From assembly GCF_009914755.1 (NCBI RefSeq), contig NC_060938.1: a DNA stretch of 64,000 nucleotides; one strand, written 5' to 3'. The translations under genes were made by a program, and so were the position numbers. Within the stretch, counting starts at the first letter, position 1. Each line of letters begins with the position of its first letter. Positions 47,101-60,982 of this stretch are shown piece after piece. The notes beneath the pieces were generated by a model. It was given only the letters and a program-made list of their open reading frames with translations, was not told the DNA's origin and did not search any database. This stretch comes from the human T2T-CHM13v2.0 reference genome, Homo sapiens.

Positions 47101-47953
47101 CAGCCCTGTTACCAAAGAGCAAGATCTAGCGCTAAATTCTTATTTTAATGTTATATCTCACAGCTTTCCAGCCGGTACTCCATGTTTCTTGAACTATTTT
47201 CCTGTTCTTGGCCTCACTCATTTGCTTTATTGACTCTATTCATGTCACTTGGACTAACCTTCTCTTTCCTTTCAATTAGTCCAAATTATCCTCATTATTC
47301 ACTGCCTGGGTCAAAATCCAGCTACTCCATGGAGCATTTTTGATCTCCCCAAATAATTTATCTTCCCTTTCTCTTACCTATCAATTTACCAATTTATATG
47401 CTTCAAAAATGGACTTCAAGGAGTTTAACAAATAAAAGGTATAAAGTACCTTAAGCAAGGTGGGGGAAATGGAATTAAAGAATGACATAAATTGTTCCTG
47501 CCAGATAACTTCTGGGCCACTACACAAAAGAAGAAAGAAAATAGGAAGAAAGAGAGATCATAGAAAAGGTGAAAGTTAATCTAAGTCTTCATTCTTGGGT
47601 AGGATTTGAACATATAGCATTGTAAGAAGGCATTTTCTGATGGCAGGGAGAACATAAGTAAAGATGCATAGATAGGGACTAAAATTAGCTCAGGTGGCTG
47701 TAATACAGGCAAAGTAGAGAAAACAAAACTTGAAAAGATATGGAATACCAGAATACAGGGAGCCTTAAATACAGGTCAAGCTAAGGGGACTGGGATTCAG
47801 TTTTTGAGCAGGCAAATCTTAGAAATTTTAAGTGTCTTAGATATTCTCTTCTTTATTCATATTCCCTCCCGCTTCAGACAGCTAGACTTACAGATTCTCA
47901 GGGTACTGTCTTCCTTCTGCATTTCAGAATATTAAATTTTGGCATACAACCAG

Positions 47954-48502
47954 TGTATTAGTCAGAGTTCTCTAGAGAAACAGAACCAGTAGGATATATA
48001 AGAGGTGATTTACTGTGAGAACTGGCTCGCTCACATGATAATGGAGGATGAGAAGTTCCACAATATACTGTTCATAAGGTAGAAGGCAAATGGTGTAGTT
48101 CAATCTAAATCTGAAGACTTAAGAACTGGGAGAGCCAATGGTGTAACTCTTAGTGTAAGCCAGAAGGCCTAAAACTTGGGGGATAGAGGGGTGGAGTGTT
48201 GGTGTAAGTTCCAGACTCTAAAGGCCCCAGAATTTGGAGCTCTCTAAGGACAGGAGAAGATGAATGTCTCAGCTTCAGAAAAGAGCAAATTCTCCTTTTT
48301 TCTTTTTTTTTTTTAATCAGGGCCCTCAAGAGACTGGATAATGCCCACCCACATTGGTGAGGGTGAATCTTCTTTATTCAGTTTGCTGATTTAAATGTCA
48401 ATCTTTTCCAGAAACACTCTCACAGACACAGCAAGAATTAATATTTTAATAGCTGTCTGAGTATCTCTTAATCCAGTCAGGTTGACACGTAACATCATTA
48501 CA
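47954..48502 (-). mobile_element. MLT2B-like solo LTR (ERVL)
   Basis: TGTATTAGTCAGAGTTCTCTAGAGAAACAGAACC...aatccagtcaggttgacacgtaacatcattACA. Confidence 0.88.
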
Positions 48503-48906
48503 GTCAGGTCTGTCCTTTCCTCTTTATCATCAACACTTCCAGAAGGACCACACTTGTAAACATTGCAGCCAACCTACAAACCTCTAGTGGTAGCACAGCC
48601 TCCAGTTTTCTTACAAGTCCAGTGCCTCTGACACTACTTCGCAAAAAATTATTTGAAGGTATCAAGGTCACATTCAAGTGATGGTGCACTGCTTTAAGGG
48701 AACTGTATTTCCCCATCGTATCACCTCCTCCATCACACATGAATTCTAGTAACATCAGATAGTTCATGTATATAAAAGTGACAACATTCATTCGCCATTT
48801 TTATTCCCTCAGTTTGACTTTATTTTTTTTCTTGTGAAACTGGAATATCTGAGTAGACAGAGGAAAATGGTACTCCTGACACCGAAGTGTATATTTTAGC
48901 CTCGTT

Positions 48907-48927
48907 TGCTGCTGCTGCTGCTGCTGC
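48907..48927. repeat. (TGC)7 / (CAG)n trinucleotide repeat
   Basis: Read directly from the sequence. Confidence 0.9.
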
Positions 48928-48989
48928 TTGCCCAGTATCAAGATGATTTTCCTTACTGGATGGATACCTATATCAGTATTATTGTTAAT

Positions 48990-49200
48990 AATAATACCAA
49001 GCACTTAAAGGCATGTACAGTGCATATTCTCTGTATTATCACATTTAATCTTCCCAGCAACGTTTTTACTTATTTTATAGATGAGTACATTTATGAATAA
49101 ATAACTTAATTCCCCCAGGTCACAAAGTAGTAAATGGAAAAACTGTTTTTTGAACCCAGGACTATCTGACTCCAGAGGCTGAACTCCAAACATCAAGCTC
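48990..49200 (-). mobile_element. MIR
   Basis: ttttatagatgag...aacttaattcccccaggtcacaaagtagtaaatgg...tgaacccaggactatctgactccagag. Confidence 0.75.
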
Positions 49201-49899
49201 TGACCCTATGTTATTAGCTCTCTTGAAGCCATTTTTCCTCCATTTCTTCAAGTAAAAGGTACTTTTTGATTTCTCATATTATTTTGGAGGAGGTGTAGAA
49301 CAGACATTTAGCTTTCCCAATACAAAAACATCAAATAAAGAGCTTACAGTTGCCAATAGGATGGTGTTTCGCCTCATCCTTTCACCTTTATGTTTTCTTG
49401 GAAATTATCAGAAAATTGCAGATAAAACTGATTTGTGGAAAATGGCATTTTTCTTCTGGATGTAAGGAACACTAATGCTTAGGTTTTTTTTTTTTTTTGG
49501 CACTTTTGAGTAAGCAATTCTATTATATCCACAGGTGTTTTAGCCTGTCTTGTAAAAATATTCTCGCTCAGAAAATGCTTTAACTAAGGATGTATGTTAC
49601 GTAGTGTTGGTTTATATGACTTATTTTTATGTAGTGTTGGTTTCATGTATGTTGGTTTATGTGACTAAACCAACACCACAGGAAAAAAGGAAATGATTTC
49701 TATGTCTTAGGTTTTTATACTTTAAGTTTATGCAGTTACAGTCTTTGATGGTTTTGATAGGACTAATGTAGCAGTTGCATTTTAATTCTCAACAGTAAAG
49801 TCCTGAATGCTAAATATTGGGAAAATGAATGCCAGTTTGATGCTTTCAAAACAAGTATGTTGAGATTAACTTTATTATGTTGAGAAGATCAAAGTTTTC

Positions 49900-50536
49900 T
49901 GCTACTATGGACTGAATATTTGTCACCCCAGAATACACATGTTGAAATCCTAACCCCCACGTTGATGATATTGGGAGGTGGAGTCTTTGGGAGGTGAATA
50001 GGTCATGAGGTAGAGCTCTCCTTAATGAGACTGGATGCCTTTCTCTTTTCCCATTTGAGGACACAGCAGAAAGATGGTTGTCTATGAACTGGGAAGAGGG
50101 CCCTCACCAAACGCTGAATCTGTGGGTACTTTTCTTTTTAAACTTTTATTTTAAGTTCAGGGGTATAAGTGCAGGTTTGTTCCATAGGTAAACTTGTGGC
50201 ATGCGGTTTGTTGTACAGATTATTTCGTCACCCAGGTATTATGCCTAGTATGCATTAGTTATTTTTCCTGATCCTCTCCCTCATCCCAAATCCATCCTGC
50301 AAAGGCCGCAATGTGTGTTGTTCCCCTCTATGTGTCCATGTTTTCTCATCATTTAGTTCCCACTTACCAGCGAGAACATGTGGCATTTGGTTTTCTTTCT
50401 GATCTAATTAAACTAGGGAGATCTGCTGGTACTTTTCTAGGACTTCCAGCCTCCAGAACTGAGAGAAATAAATTTCTGTTCTTTATAAGCCACACAATTT
50501 ATGGTGTTTTGATATGGCAGCCCAAACGAACTGAGA
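49900..50536 (+). mobile_element. MLT1A/B LTR, interrupted by L1
   Basis: ctatggactgaatatttgtcacccc...tgttgaaatcctaacccc...ggacttccagcctccagaactgagagaaataaatttctgtt. Confidence 0.85.
50136..50420 (-). mobile_element. Short L1PA (about L1PA11-13) 3' end with a tiny inverted 5' segment
   Basis: Antisense 3' UTR (ttgtacagattatttcgtcacccaggtatt). TSD ATCTGTGGGTACTTTTCT at 50118-50135 and ATCTGCTGGTACTTTTCT at 50421-50438. Confidence 0.85.
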
Positions 50537-50843
50537 AAATCTCCCACTGCCTATGCCATTTTACCATTTAGCAGATAAAGGATTATTCTTGTTTTGTTTA
50601 GACTTCGAAGAACAATCTGCTTGTTTATGTAAGACAATCTACTTCCTACTTTTAAAAAATACTTTTACATTATTTACTTACATGTGAGGATTATAGAACA
50701 AATATTGATTTTTTATTGTGGATTATTTTAATCAAAATATTACCAAAATCTATAATATTAGATATATCATTTATTGTTTACTAACACTTAGGAAGACATT
50801 TGTTATTAGAAAAATGAACTGCTTCTTGGAAAGTTACATTCTT

Positions 50844-51207
<364 letters not shown>

Positions 51208-52337
51208 TTATTAAGGATATGAATTGAATTTCATACTATCATATAATTTACAGACTTTTACATTCATCAAATTCTTATTTCATATGAAAAAAGATGGACG
51301 CTACTGGGATTGTGCCAGATCACCTCAACTGATTAATGGCTGAGTGGAAACCAAAAATTATTTTTAGTCTTGCATTCTTTCTGTAATCCTCAATGTTATA
51401 TCTAATATATTTCCAGGTGTAATATTTTCAAGTAACTAGAAAATTAAAATTGACATTGATATGACTTAGGTTCAGGTCTAGAACCTTCACCAGATATTTG
51501 ATTTCATAGATATTTTTGTTCTAAATCTAAGTAGCTAGTTATACTTTGCAAGTTTCTCTAGCTAACTTGTGTTATTTTAAAAGTGGTGGATGATTTGTTA
51601 TAGAATTAGAATCTAAATAAGTTCATTATTTTTTAAAAAGAAATCTATTGTCATTACCATGTCAATACGAGAACAACAGTGACACACAGGACTAAGCAAC
51701 TCATCCCTACACAAGAAAAAGGCTAGTTTTTCCAAGACTTTTATTATCTTTTTACATTTCTTTAGAACTGAAAAGGGCCTGGGTGAGTGAACATGCATTC
51801 TTTGTTCTCGATAACAAATAGTGCAAATTAAATTCTACTGCAACAAAATTTAAAGATATTTTCCCCTCTGGATTGTTGTTACACTTCTGGGAAAGTGGAC
51901 CATTATTAAGGTTTAAAGCATTTTTAACCTATAAATTTTTAGTATAACATTACTTTCTGAAACAGATTTTGACCTGAAATACTTTAAAACGATATTAGGA
52001 AAAATGTGCAAATATAGTACTTGAAAAAGATCCCTTCAAGAAAATTATATACCAACTCAAACCATTACTATTACACATTGCTTAAAATTATCTGACTGTA
52101 TCCTGAAAGTGATAAGTGATACTTGAATTAATGTGACATCCAATTTTAGAACAAGTGTTGATCCTGTTCTCTTTCCTAGCATCTAAGGGAACGTATGTGT
52201 ATATGAATTGCACTTATTTGTATATGTTTCTATGAAATTCATTTACTATGTGCAAATCACATCAATGTTCCAGCAGTCTGTGGTCTTCTAATAACTGAAT
52301 ACTTTGCATGGAATTTATGTAATAATTTTTGTAATGG

Positions 52338-52345
<8 letters not shown>

Positions 52346-52369
<24 letters not shown>

Positions 52370-52650
52370 AAATGGAGTCTCACTCTGTCACCCAGGCTGG
52401 AGTACAATGGTGTGATCTTGAGTCACTGCAACCTCCATCACCCGGGTTCAAGTGATTCTCTCCCCCCTAGCCTCCCCAGTGGCTGGGATTACAGACACCC
52501 ACCATCATGCCCAGCTAAGTTTTGTATTTTTGTAGAGACGGGGTTTCACCATGTTGGCCAGGCTGATCTCGAACTCCTGACCTCAGGTGATCTGCCCACC
52601 TTGGCCTCCCAAAGTGCTGGGATTACAGGTGTGAGCCACCACACCTGGCC
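52346..52650 (-). mobile_element. AluSx-like
   Basis: Poly-T followed by antisense Alu. Short TSD ATTCT. Confidence 0.95.
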
Positions 52651-53177
52651 ATTCTGTTCACTTTTTAATGTCATATTTTTAAATAATAATGTGTTGAGAT
52701 ATAAACCTGTTTATAACCATTAATCCTAGCAAATTCATCAGTGGGTTTTTTATGCATTTATTAGAAGCAATAATTACTTAGGAAAAATCATTCCTAAATT
52801 TGCATTAAAAATACGGCAACTGAATCATATTAAGTCATAGACATGAGTCAAACGCCTAAATGCCTTCTGTAAATAATTATACCAGTGTAAGATGGTGTGT
52901 GCAAATTATAGTTGACTTTCTAGAATACCCTTCTTAACAGTTCTAGAAACACCAATATTAAAAAAACTAATCTCTTCAATAAGGTCACTAATATATAATA
53001 CTTTATTGTAGGTAGTAAGATTTATGAGAATTATTAGCTGATTTATATCCATTTATTCAGCTGATAGATTAATAGCAAGAATCATTAGTTACTGAGTTAA
53101 ATATGGGAAGTACCCACAGTACTCATTTTCAACAGTGGAAAATTAATTAATTTTAAAATATTCAGTACTTTTGAAAA

Positions 53178-53500
53178 ACTTTCCTCCAGCTTTATTAAGG
53201 TATAATTGAGACATGAAAATTATATATATTTACAGTGTACAACGTGATGCCTACATTGTTTACACGCATTGTTTACATTGCCTACAATGTTTACACGCAT
53301 ACTTTGTGGAATGATTTACAACTAATTAGCATATTTACCACCTTACATACTTTTTTTGTACGTGGTGAGAACATTTAAGAATACTCATTTGCCATTTTTC
53401 AAGTACATAGTACATGATTATTAACTACAGCCACCAGTCTGTACAATAGATCTCCAAGATTTATTTATCCTAACTTAAACTTTATACCCTTTGACCATTT
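53178..53500 (-). mobile_element. L1MA8/9-like 3' end
   Basis: ccagctttattaaggtataattga...gtggtgagaacatttaaga...tgtacaatagatctcc. Confidence 0.8.
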
Positions 53501-54672
53501 ATTTATTTTAATAGCAGCAGAAAGAATTTTATATACTTTTGTCAAGAGGTATTATTTATATGAGTTTAAAAACATTTGACTTTTTCTCAGAGTAAATTAA
53601 TGTTAATATCTATTTTTTAGTCAGACTTACATTTGTGATTATGCAAGCTGAAACCCATTCCTACTCCTGAGCCTAGTGTCACACTACTTTCACCCCTGCA
53701 AAAGTATTGGAAAGTCCAGTTGTTTTATTTACATGAATCTAACTTTAACTAGCTATCTGCCTCAGAGACAAACTATGTGGCTAGGCTCTTAGGTAAATGT
53801 GACTGGGAATATTAGGAACCATGAGTTGAGGCCTTGACAGACAGGGTTAGTGTAAGAGAGGACTAGGATCTTCGCCTCTGCTTATAGGACAACAATGAGG
53901 GAATAACACTTTCCAGCTGTTGTAAAGTCAGTATAGTTTCTTTTCAAGTCATATACGTTTCACTTTAAAGTATTTTAAGTAATGCTTTAAGTATAAGGAA
54001 AATGAAAATAATGTCATAATAATTCTATACAAACCTCCATGTCAAATATAATTTTCTGATTACAAAATAATTGATTACAATATATAGTTCCTTTAATCTA
54101 TAATACTTTTAAATTGAAGTATACTCTAAACTTTATAAAAATAAAAATGTTTTCACTTTCTGTGAAACTGGTTTCACCTAGTGAACACATTGAATTCTTC
54201 ACATGCTAAGAAGAGTAAGTTCAACTTGATTTTTTGATACATGATATGTTCTTATACAAATGTCAAATGTTACAGTAGTGCTACCTTTTCTTTGCACTTA
54301 CATTACTTGAAACCATAAAGACAAATCTGAAAATTGCTTAATTATTATTTTTACATTGCAGTTACCTTAAAGGTAAAATATAACAACATTATTTATTACT
54401 GGTTCTGGTACTGAATAATTAATTGAAATGCCTTGATTGTGGTTTGATTTTCCCTTTGTATTTAAGAAACATTAAAAATTTCATGTTACTACTCATTTTC
54501 TTGTTTATCTAATAAAGAATCTTTATAATTTTTCATATTATACTTAAAATTTTAAATTGTTATGCATTTTCATGCAACATATAACCATGGTCTAAGACTA
54601 AGTGAATAATAAATAAATATGTACAGCGAAAAAATAGTTAATCAAACTTTAAAGTTTTTATGGTAATCTAGA

Positions 54673-54895
54673 AAAGGGTTCAGCAAATTTTTCTGTAAAG
54701 GTCAAAATAGCAAAAAGTTTAGGATTTTAGGCTTTGATACAATCTCTCATCCCTGCCATTATAAACAGCCATAGACAAAACAGCCATAGACAATACGTAA
54801 AGGCATGGGGATGGCTGTGCTCTAATAAAACTTTATTTAAAAAAACAGACGGTGGGCCTATTGTGGTCAAGAGCTCTTGCTTTGCTGACCCCTGA
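54673..54895 (+). mobile_element. MER58A-like hAT-Charlie MITE
   Basis: gggttcagcaaatttttctgtaaaggtc...ggctgtgctctaataaaactttattt...tttgctgacccctg. Confidence 0.85.
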
Positions 54896-55339
54896 CTGCT
54901 AATATTAAAAGTTAATTACTATTTAAAATTGCTTTTTCTTTATTAATTTTTTCTTTTAAAATACATGGTAATTTCCCATGTCAAAAATATTATCTTTAAT
55001 ACAGAAATATACAACCTGGAACTTAATGATAGGAAAAACAAATTTTAACTAATGAATTCAAAATTTTTTTTCCTGAGAAATATATCTTCACAAAAGCATA
55101 TATTATTTTATATTTTATTATGGTTTAGACTGTAAACATTACAATTGATTTAATTTGGCACATTATAACCATGAAATACTAAATTTTACAAGAGCCAAGC
55201 ACCAATTAAAAGTGAAATGAAAAAGATAGATAAAGGATATACTTCTAGTAAATCAATTGACACAAATAATCCCTAAATTTAGGTGTGACCATCTAGCTAA
55301 GTTTCCAGGCTACCGTCTGTCATGTTTACATCTATTTTT

Positions 55340-56030
55340 ATTGGCTAGCTATGAGTTATATTTTCTGCTTATTTTAAGTGGTTTTGAAGCTAGTTTTGGA
55401 GGTAGTTACTTTTAGATCAGCTTGTTTGGGTGGGTCAAAATAGCTTTTACCATAGGCTAATTGACACCTCCTACTGAAGCATGATTTTCTTGGGGTTTTG
55501 TTAATATCTCCAAGTATCCAACATCTCTCTCCACTTTGGCTGGTGAAAATCTGAACATCTCCAATGCCCATGTAAGCTTAGGAAATTGTTTAGTTTATAG
55601 TCCCCTGGCAATAGTTCTTTCTTTGACCTCATCGAGGTCCTCCTTATCTTTGTCCAGATTAGTACTTAAGGGAAGACTCACAAGGGACTTCATACAAATT
55701 TCTGAAGCTTTTTCTGTCAGAGTTCTTGTGTCTCTAGTACTTTGCTTTGCAAATTCCAGCTTTCTTAGCTCGCTTATACTTGGATTTCTGTTCTTCACCT
55801 CATCAAGACTTTCTAGGCTCTCCCTCCATGTCAGAATAATAAATTACTTCTCAGTAGAAAATTCACATTTGTAAGTTTCTCTCATATACTTCCCTTCTCT
55901 CATGGATCACAGTTGGGCAATGATTATTACCCAATAATTGAAAACTACTGTTTCATATTTTCAGAAAAATGTTTATAGTTGTGTACAGTGAGAGGAGAAG
56001 TCTACCAATCGCTCCTTAATAAGTGAGAGA
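55340..56030 (-). mobile_element. Ancient L1MC/ME 5' region fragments
   Basis: The minus strand reads aaaagcttcagaaatttgtatg...ccttgtgagtctt...agtactaatctg...accagccaaagtggag...gtaaaagctattttgacccacc, resembling the L1M 5' region. Confidence 0.6.
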
Positions 56031-56954
56031 AGGCAAAAATTTTTGTGATTTAATACAATAAATCTACTTATTTTATGCTAGACTTATATTGGAGATTTGA
56101 CAGTTTTGTTTTGAAAATATGAGCTCTTGCTCATCTTTTCCTTCATATTGAATATCATCTGAACTGTACCCAAAAGTGGTCAGCAGTAACAGCAAAGATG
56201 TCCTAAAACTTTATTTTCTTTATTTATTTTTTAAAAAACAGGATTATTCTTTCAAATATATAAGCATGTATATAAAATTTGTTGTTTGGATGCATATTGT
56301 GGAACTTAAGCATTGGGGCTTAAGAAATTTTAACATTCGATTTTACCAAAGGACATGTCAGTCATACAAGCAAATCTCTAAGATTGTCTGCCTTTCAGTA
56401 TAAACGATATTAAAGAGCTTTCAGGGTGAATTGGAACTAGATAACCACATCTTGAAATTGCAGAATAAATTAACTTATTGCATGGAACACTTTCTATTTG
56501 ACATTGATATGGGAAACGTTAGTGTCATTAATGTTAAGATATTTTTCCTTGCCCAAATTAGCCACCACCAAAAGATGTTTCTTAAACTCCTGAATCAAAT
56601 TATTACAGACCAAGCCAACAGCACAAAAGTGATGTTTTTCTTATTCTTTGCTATCATAGATTGCCAACAGCAAAGAATATTCCAGAACTAACAGTAATAA
56701 ATTGTTTCAGAGTGAAATTTGAAACAAAGTAAGAATATAACTTTTTCTACTCCAGTTGATGGTTAGAATTTAGAGCTGAAATTTGATATTTTAACAGTTT
56801 TTCTTTACTCTGATAATGACTGTATTTTTATTCTACAGACTTTGAAAAATTGTTATTAAACTGAGAGCCATATGGTCACAACTTATCACAGTGCCCCATC
56901 TTGTCAGACCTCAAATAGCTTTTAGCAGTAAAGAAATGCATGTTACACATATGC

Positions 56955-59230
56955 TGTGGTGGCAGAAAATTGCTAGTTATCTTCAAAACCAGTTTCCATT
57001 TTCTGAGTACACAGCTAAATAAACTTTCCCAGCTTACTTTGCAGCTAGGTGTGTCTAGGTGGTCTTTGACTATTGCAATGTGGGGGTAGGTAATGTAAAT
57101 TTCTCTAGGCTTGGCCGTAATAATCATCTTCATGATCCTCCCTTCTCTCTCCTCTCACCATATTCTGCCTTTAAAGAGAACTCCAAAAATAAAGAGCAGG
57201 GCAGACTCACAGTAGGAAAAGAACAAGGGTAACTGAGTAAGCCCTGTTCACCCTCCCTTCTACAGATTTCACTTTATCTACACAAGAAATAAAGTTTTGT
57301 TATGTTATGACACTGAGATTTTGAAGTTATCTTTTATGGTATTGCCTTGACTAATACAAATTTATAAATTCAAACCATAAAGATGCTGATATGGTAAGTT
57401 ATAAAGAGGGAGATCCACATTATGGGGTGCAAAACATTGAGTTCGCTGAGCCCAGCCCACTGACCCCAGCCCACTGACCCCACAGATCAAGGAACAGTGG
57501 TTGGAAATAGTCAAAGGGTGATGTGTGGCTTTTACTTTCTGTTTTTGGCAATATATTTCATGAAATAGGTATGTTTAAGCAAAATTGCCTGGTTTTCAGA
57601 GATCAAAGCTATTAGTAAGAGTTGATAGAGCAGACGCCTTGCAGGCTTGAAAAGGCCAACTGCTACTGAAACTGAAGTAGTAAGAATATAAAATGAAAGA
57701 AGTTTTGAGCTACAATATCACACAGTAGAACTTCTCCATGGAACAAAGAAACTGCAATACAGGAAAGACCAGCTAAGGGTATGATATTCCCCTGAAGTAC
57801 CGTACCCAATTCCCTCAAATTAACCCATTAAATGAGAGAAATAACATCAGGGCAAGGAATCTGAGAGATAAAGCAAAGACAATTGTGTCAAGGAAGAAAT
57901 CTAGATGCAGTTACTGGCACATGCAAATGCATTGGAATAGATCAGAAACTAATTACAAATAGTTGAGCGAATTGTAACATGTGCATAAGCACACACACAC
58001 ATGCACACACATACACACACACCCAGAGCAAACATCTTGCATTGTTTGAAATTCAGTAAAACTCCCAAACCCTCAAAGTTGTTTAAATAGAAAACCGGCT
58101 GTGGATACTGGGATACTCTCAGCTAAGTATATCCTCTAAAACCTATTCCAATATGTACATGGAGGACAATGAGCAAGGAAGAGGCTGTTGGAGATCAGAG
58201 CTGTAGTATAATCAAGGAACTCTCACTAGCCCCAGCAGAGGAAACTGCAAAGTGCCTGATGTATTAGTCACTGTTATGTGTTACTATGAAGGAATACCGG
58301 AGACTGGATAATTTATAAAGAAAAGAAGTGTATTTTGGCTCCTGGTTCCGCAGACTGTTTAAGAAGCATGGCACCAGCATCTGCTTCTGGTGAGGTTCTC
58401 AAAAGGATTTTACTCATGGTAGAAGGTAAATGGGGAGCAGGCATGCCACATGCGAGAGAGGGGTTAATCGGAGGAGGTACCAGGATCCTTTAAACAACCA
58501 GCCTTCTCATTAACAACCAGAGCAAGAACTCACTCATTACCATGGGGATGGCAGGAGGTCATTCATGAGGGATCTGCCCGCATGACCCAAACAACTCCCA
58601 CTTGGCCCACTTCAAACACTGGAGGTCACATTTCACCATGAGAGCGGCACATCCAAATTCTATCATCGGCCTAGCAGAATATCAGAATTGATAGAGACCA
58701 GGGACTACTTTGGGTTTCTCTTTGTCCTTTCTGAGTAGGAGTGTTTATTGCAATTTTCCTATTCCTGTTCCACTATTTAATATTGTGTGTCAGGGGAAAG
58801 AGATAATTTATCTCCTACTTAATAAGTCATTAGACCTTACAGAAGTACATCTTGACTGCATGACCTCTTACGAAGAATGGCATGTCATATTTTGGAATTT
58901 TTCTCAATGCTCTGACTAGATGGGGCTTCGTATTGTTTTACTTGGGAAAGAAGTGAGTTTTGTGTGAGTACGTGTGGGAGGAGAAATGAATAGGTAATTG
59001 GTGACCATAAGGGCAGACTGTGATAGAGAATAGCTTGTTGTTCACCAAACAGGGTTCTTCTTCCTTCTGGGCACAGAGCCATAATCTTTTTCCTATCTTC
59101 TCTTGGGGTTCAATGTAGCCCGTATATTAAACTGTGAAGAAAGAAGGTGGGTGTAATTTATAAACGTCATCTCTCCAACCCCTGGGAGAATGGAGAAGAC
59201 TGTGAAGGTGTAGAGAAAGGCTGTGGTGTT
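56955..59230 (+). mobile_element. MLT1H/I-like MaLR provirus remnant (LTR about 56955-57357, internal region, second LTR from about 59019)
   Basis: First LTR ends ttgactaataca. Purine tract aagggcagac precedes TGTGATAG of a second, similar LTR. Confidence 0.6.
58260..58665 (-). mobile_element. MSTB-like LTR inserted in the MLT1 internal region
   Basis: TGTATTAGTC...aagcatggcaccagcatctgcttctggtgagg...cattcatgagggatctgccc...catccaaattctatca. Confidence 0.85.
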
Positions 59231-60982
59231 AAATCTTTCAAATGTCACAGCTAACAAATGATAGCACTTCATGTTACTTTAATACATATAAGCACATACA
59301 CATCCTTTATATTCACATGCAAATAAATGTAGGAAATAGGGGCAAATATCATGGTAATTCAAGTGCTTATCTCTGATATCAGATATTTCTGGACAGAATG
59401 CAACTTAATCAGGGACAATTAAGGAAGTTGTAAATCTAATATTAATGACTATCTTTTAAGTGAGCTATATGCTGATCACTAGTTTATTCATTTATTCAAC
59501 AATAATTAATGAAGACTTACTGCTTTTGCTGTGCTAGCCACTGCAAATGGAGAGGTGAACAACACAGACAAAAGTCCTGCTCTTATGTGGTCCATGTGTT
59601 ATGTAGGCATCATGATAAAATGAGGTAGGTGCGATAGCCAGAGGCTAAAGAATTTGCTGAAACTCACACAACTTACAAATGGTTAAACCCATACCCCTTT
59701 GGCTTTAAAGCTTTTAGTAATTTCATATATTTGAACATTTCAAATTAAAGTAAGTGTTGGATTGTACTTGCCTAAAAATTGCCTCATGTATTTTTTGGAT
59801 GTAATTATGTGGTCCATTGCATAGCTCCAGTCTTTAACATTACTACACTGTAATGTTTGATACAAATCTTTCCTGTGAGAACTTGATACATTTAAGTCAC
59901 AGAGTATATCTCAGGCTATAATAATCTTCTAAGAATGTGATTTTACTTATGTATCATCAACACAATTTCATATATTACATCTAAGTGGTTTTGAATTATC
60001 CAGATAATTCTTTCATTTTTTCCTTCCTGCTTAACATATGGTCAAGTTGGGAACCAATTGCTAAGTTAAAGCGGGAGCAGGCATAAACATAAACATATGA
60101 AAATCACTGGTAAATCTTTGCCATTCACTGTATATAGATTATCTACTTTGAAATTAATTTCACATATCACTATAAAATCTTGTGTGAATATTTTCTCATA
60201 CAGTAAGGAAATGGTTGAATATAACATGTAGCAAAATGTGAACTATAAATTAGAAAATAAAATCTTGATCGATTTTCCAGTGTAATCTAATTGCGAATAT
60301 GAGCAAATTAAAGGAATTTTATAGACTTTGGCTCCATAATAGACTGTTAGTGAATGGAGCTTCCTCTTGACTTTCAGTTCCTTGTGTAAAGCTATTAGAT
60401 TTCATATCTCGTCTCAGATTTGACAAATGGTGCACTGAATGAAGCACTCAGACTACAAATGAGAAGTTATTACTCCAGGAGGAATTTGATGAGCTTAAAG
60501 AAAATTCACACGTCCCTTTTTGTCTGTATATCCAGAGAAACTAATTAGTGAAAAGGTTTCCGGAATTACAATAATCTGTTAATGTAGTTATTTTAAATAT
60601 AAAACCTTGGTGATTTTAGTTTCGGTTTGTTTGCAATTATTTTTCAATTAACACATAAGAATGATGAACTCTAGAGTTTCACCATTGCTCATATTTTGCT
60701 TATTCACTACTGCAAAATGAAAATATTTTGGATAAAATGTTCTTAAAAAATAAAGCAAAGAAAATGCTGCCTAAAAACATTTATATAATTTCTGATATTT
60801 TAAAATCTTGGTTTCTGTTTAATTGTTACATAAGCAAAATTATATAACAAATAACATGTGTATAGTATAGGACACCTTGATTATTGTGTGTTTTATTAAT
60901 CCATGGAAGAAATACTTTTTAAAGGTATTATTTTGGAACAATATTCAATGAAATATGTTTAAAGTTAATTATCGTTCCATTC

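Noticed and set aside
48801-49100. PolyQ/polyL ORFs over (CTG)7 and a nearby TATATAAAAG
   Set aside because: The repeat is short, the ORFs run into a MIR, and there is no CpG island or other promoter evidence.
55374-55874. Protein-like minus-strand ORFs (KNRNPSISELRKLEFAKQ...) suggesting a pseudogene
   Set aside because: The nucleotide sequence resembles an ancient L1M 5' region, the frame has stops, and I recognise no protein family.
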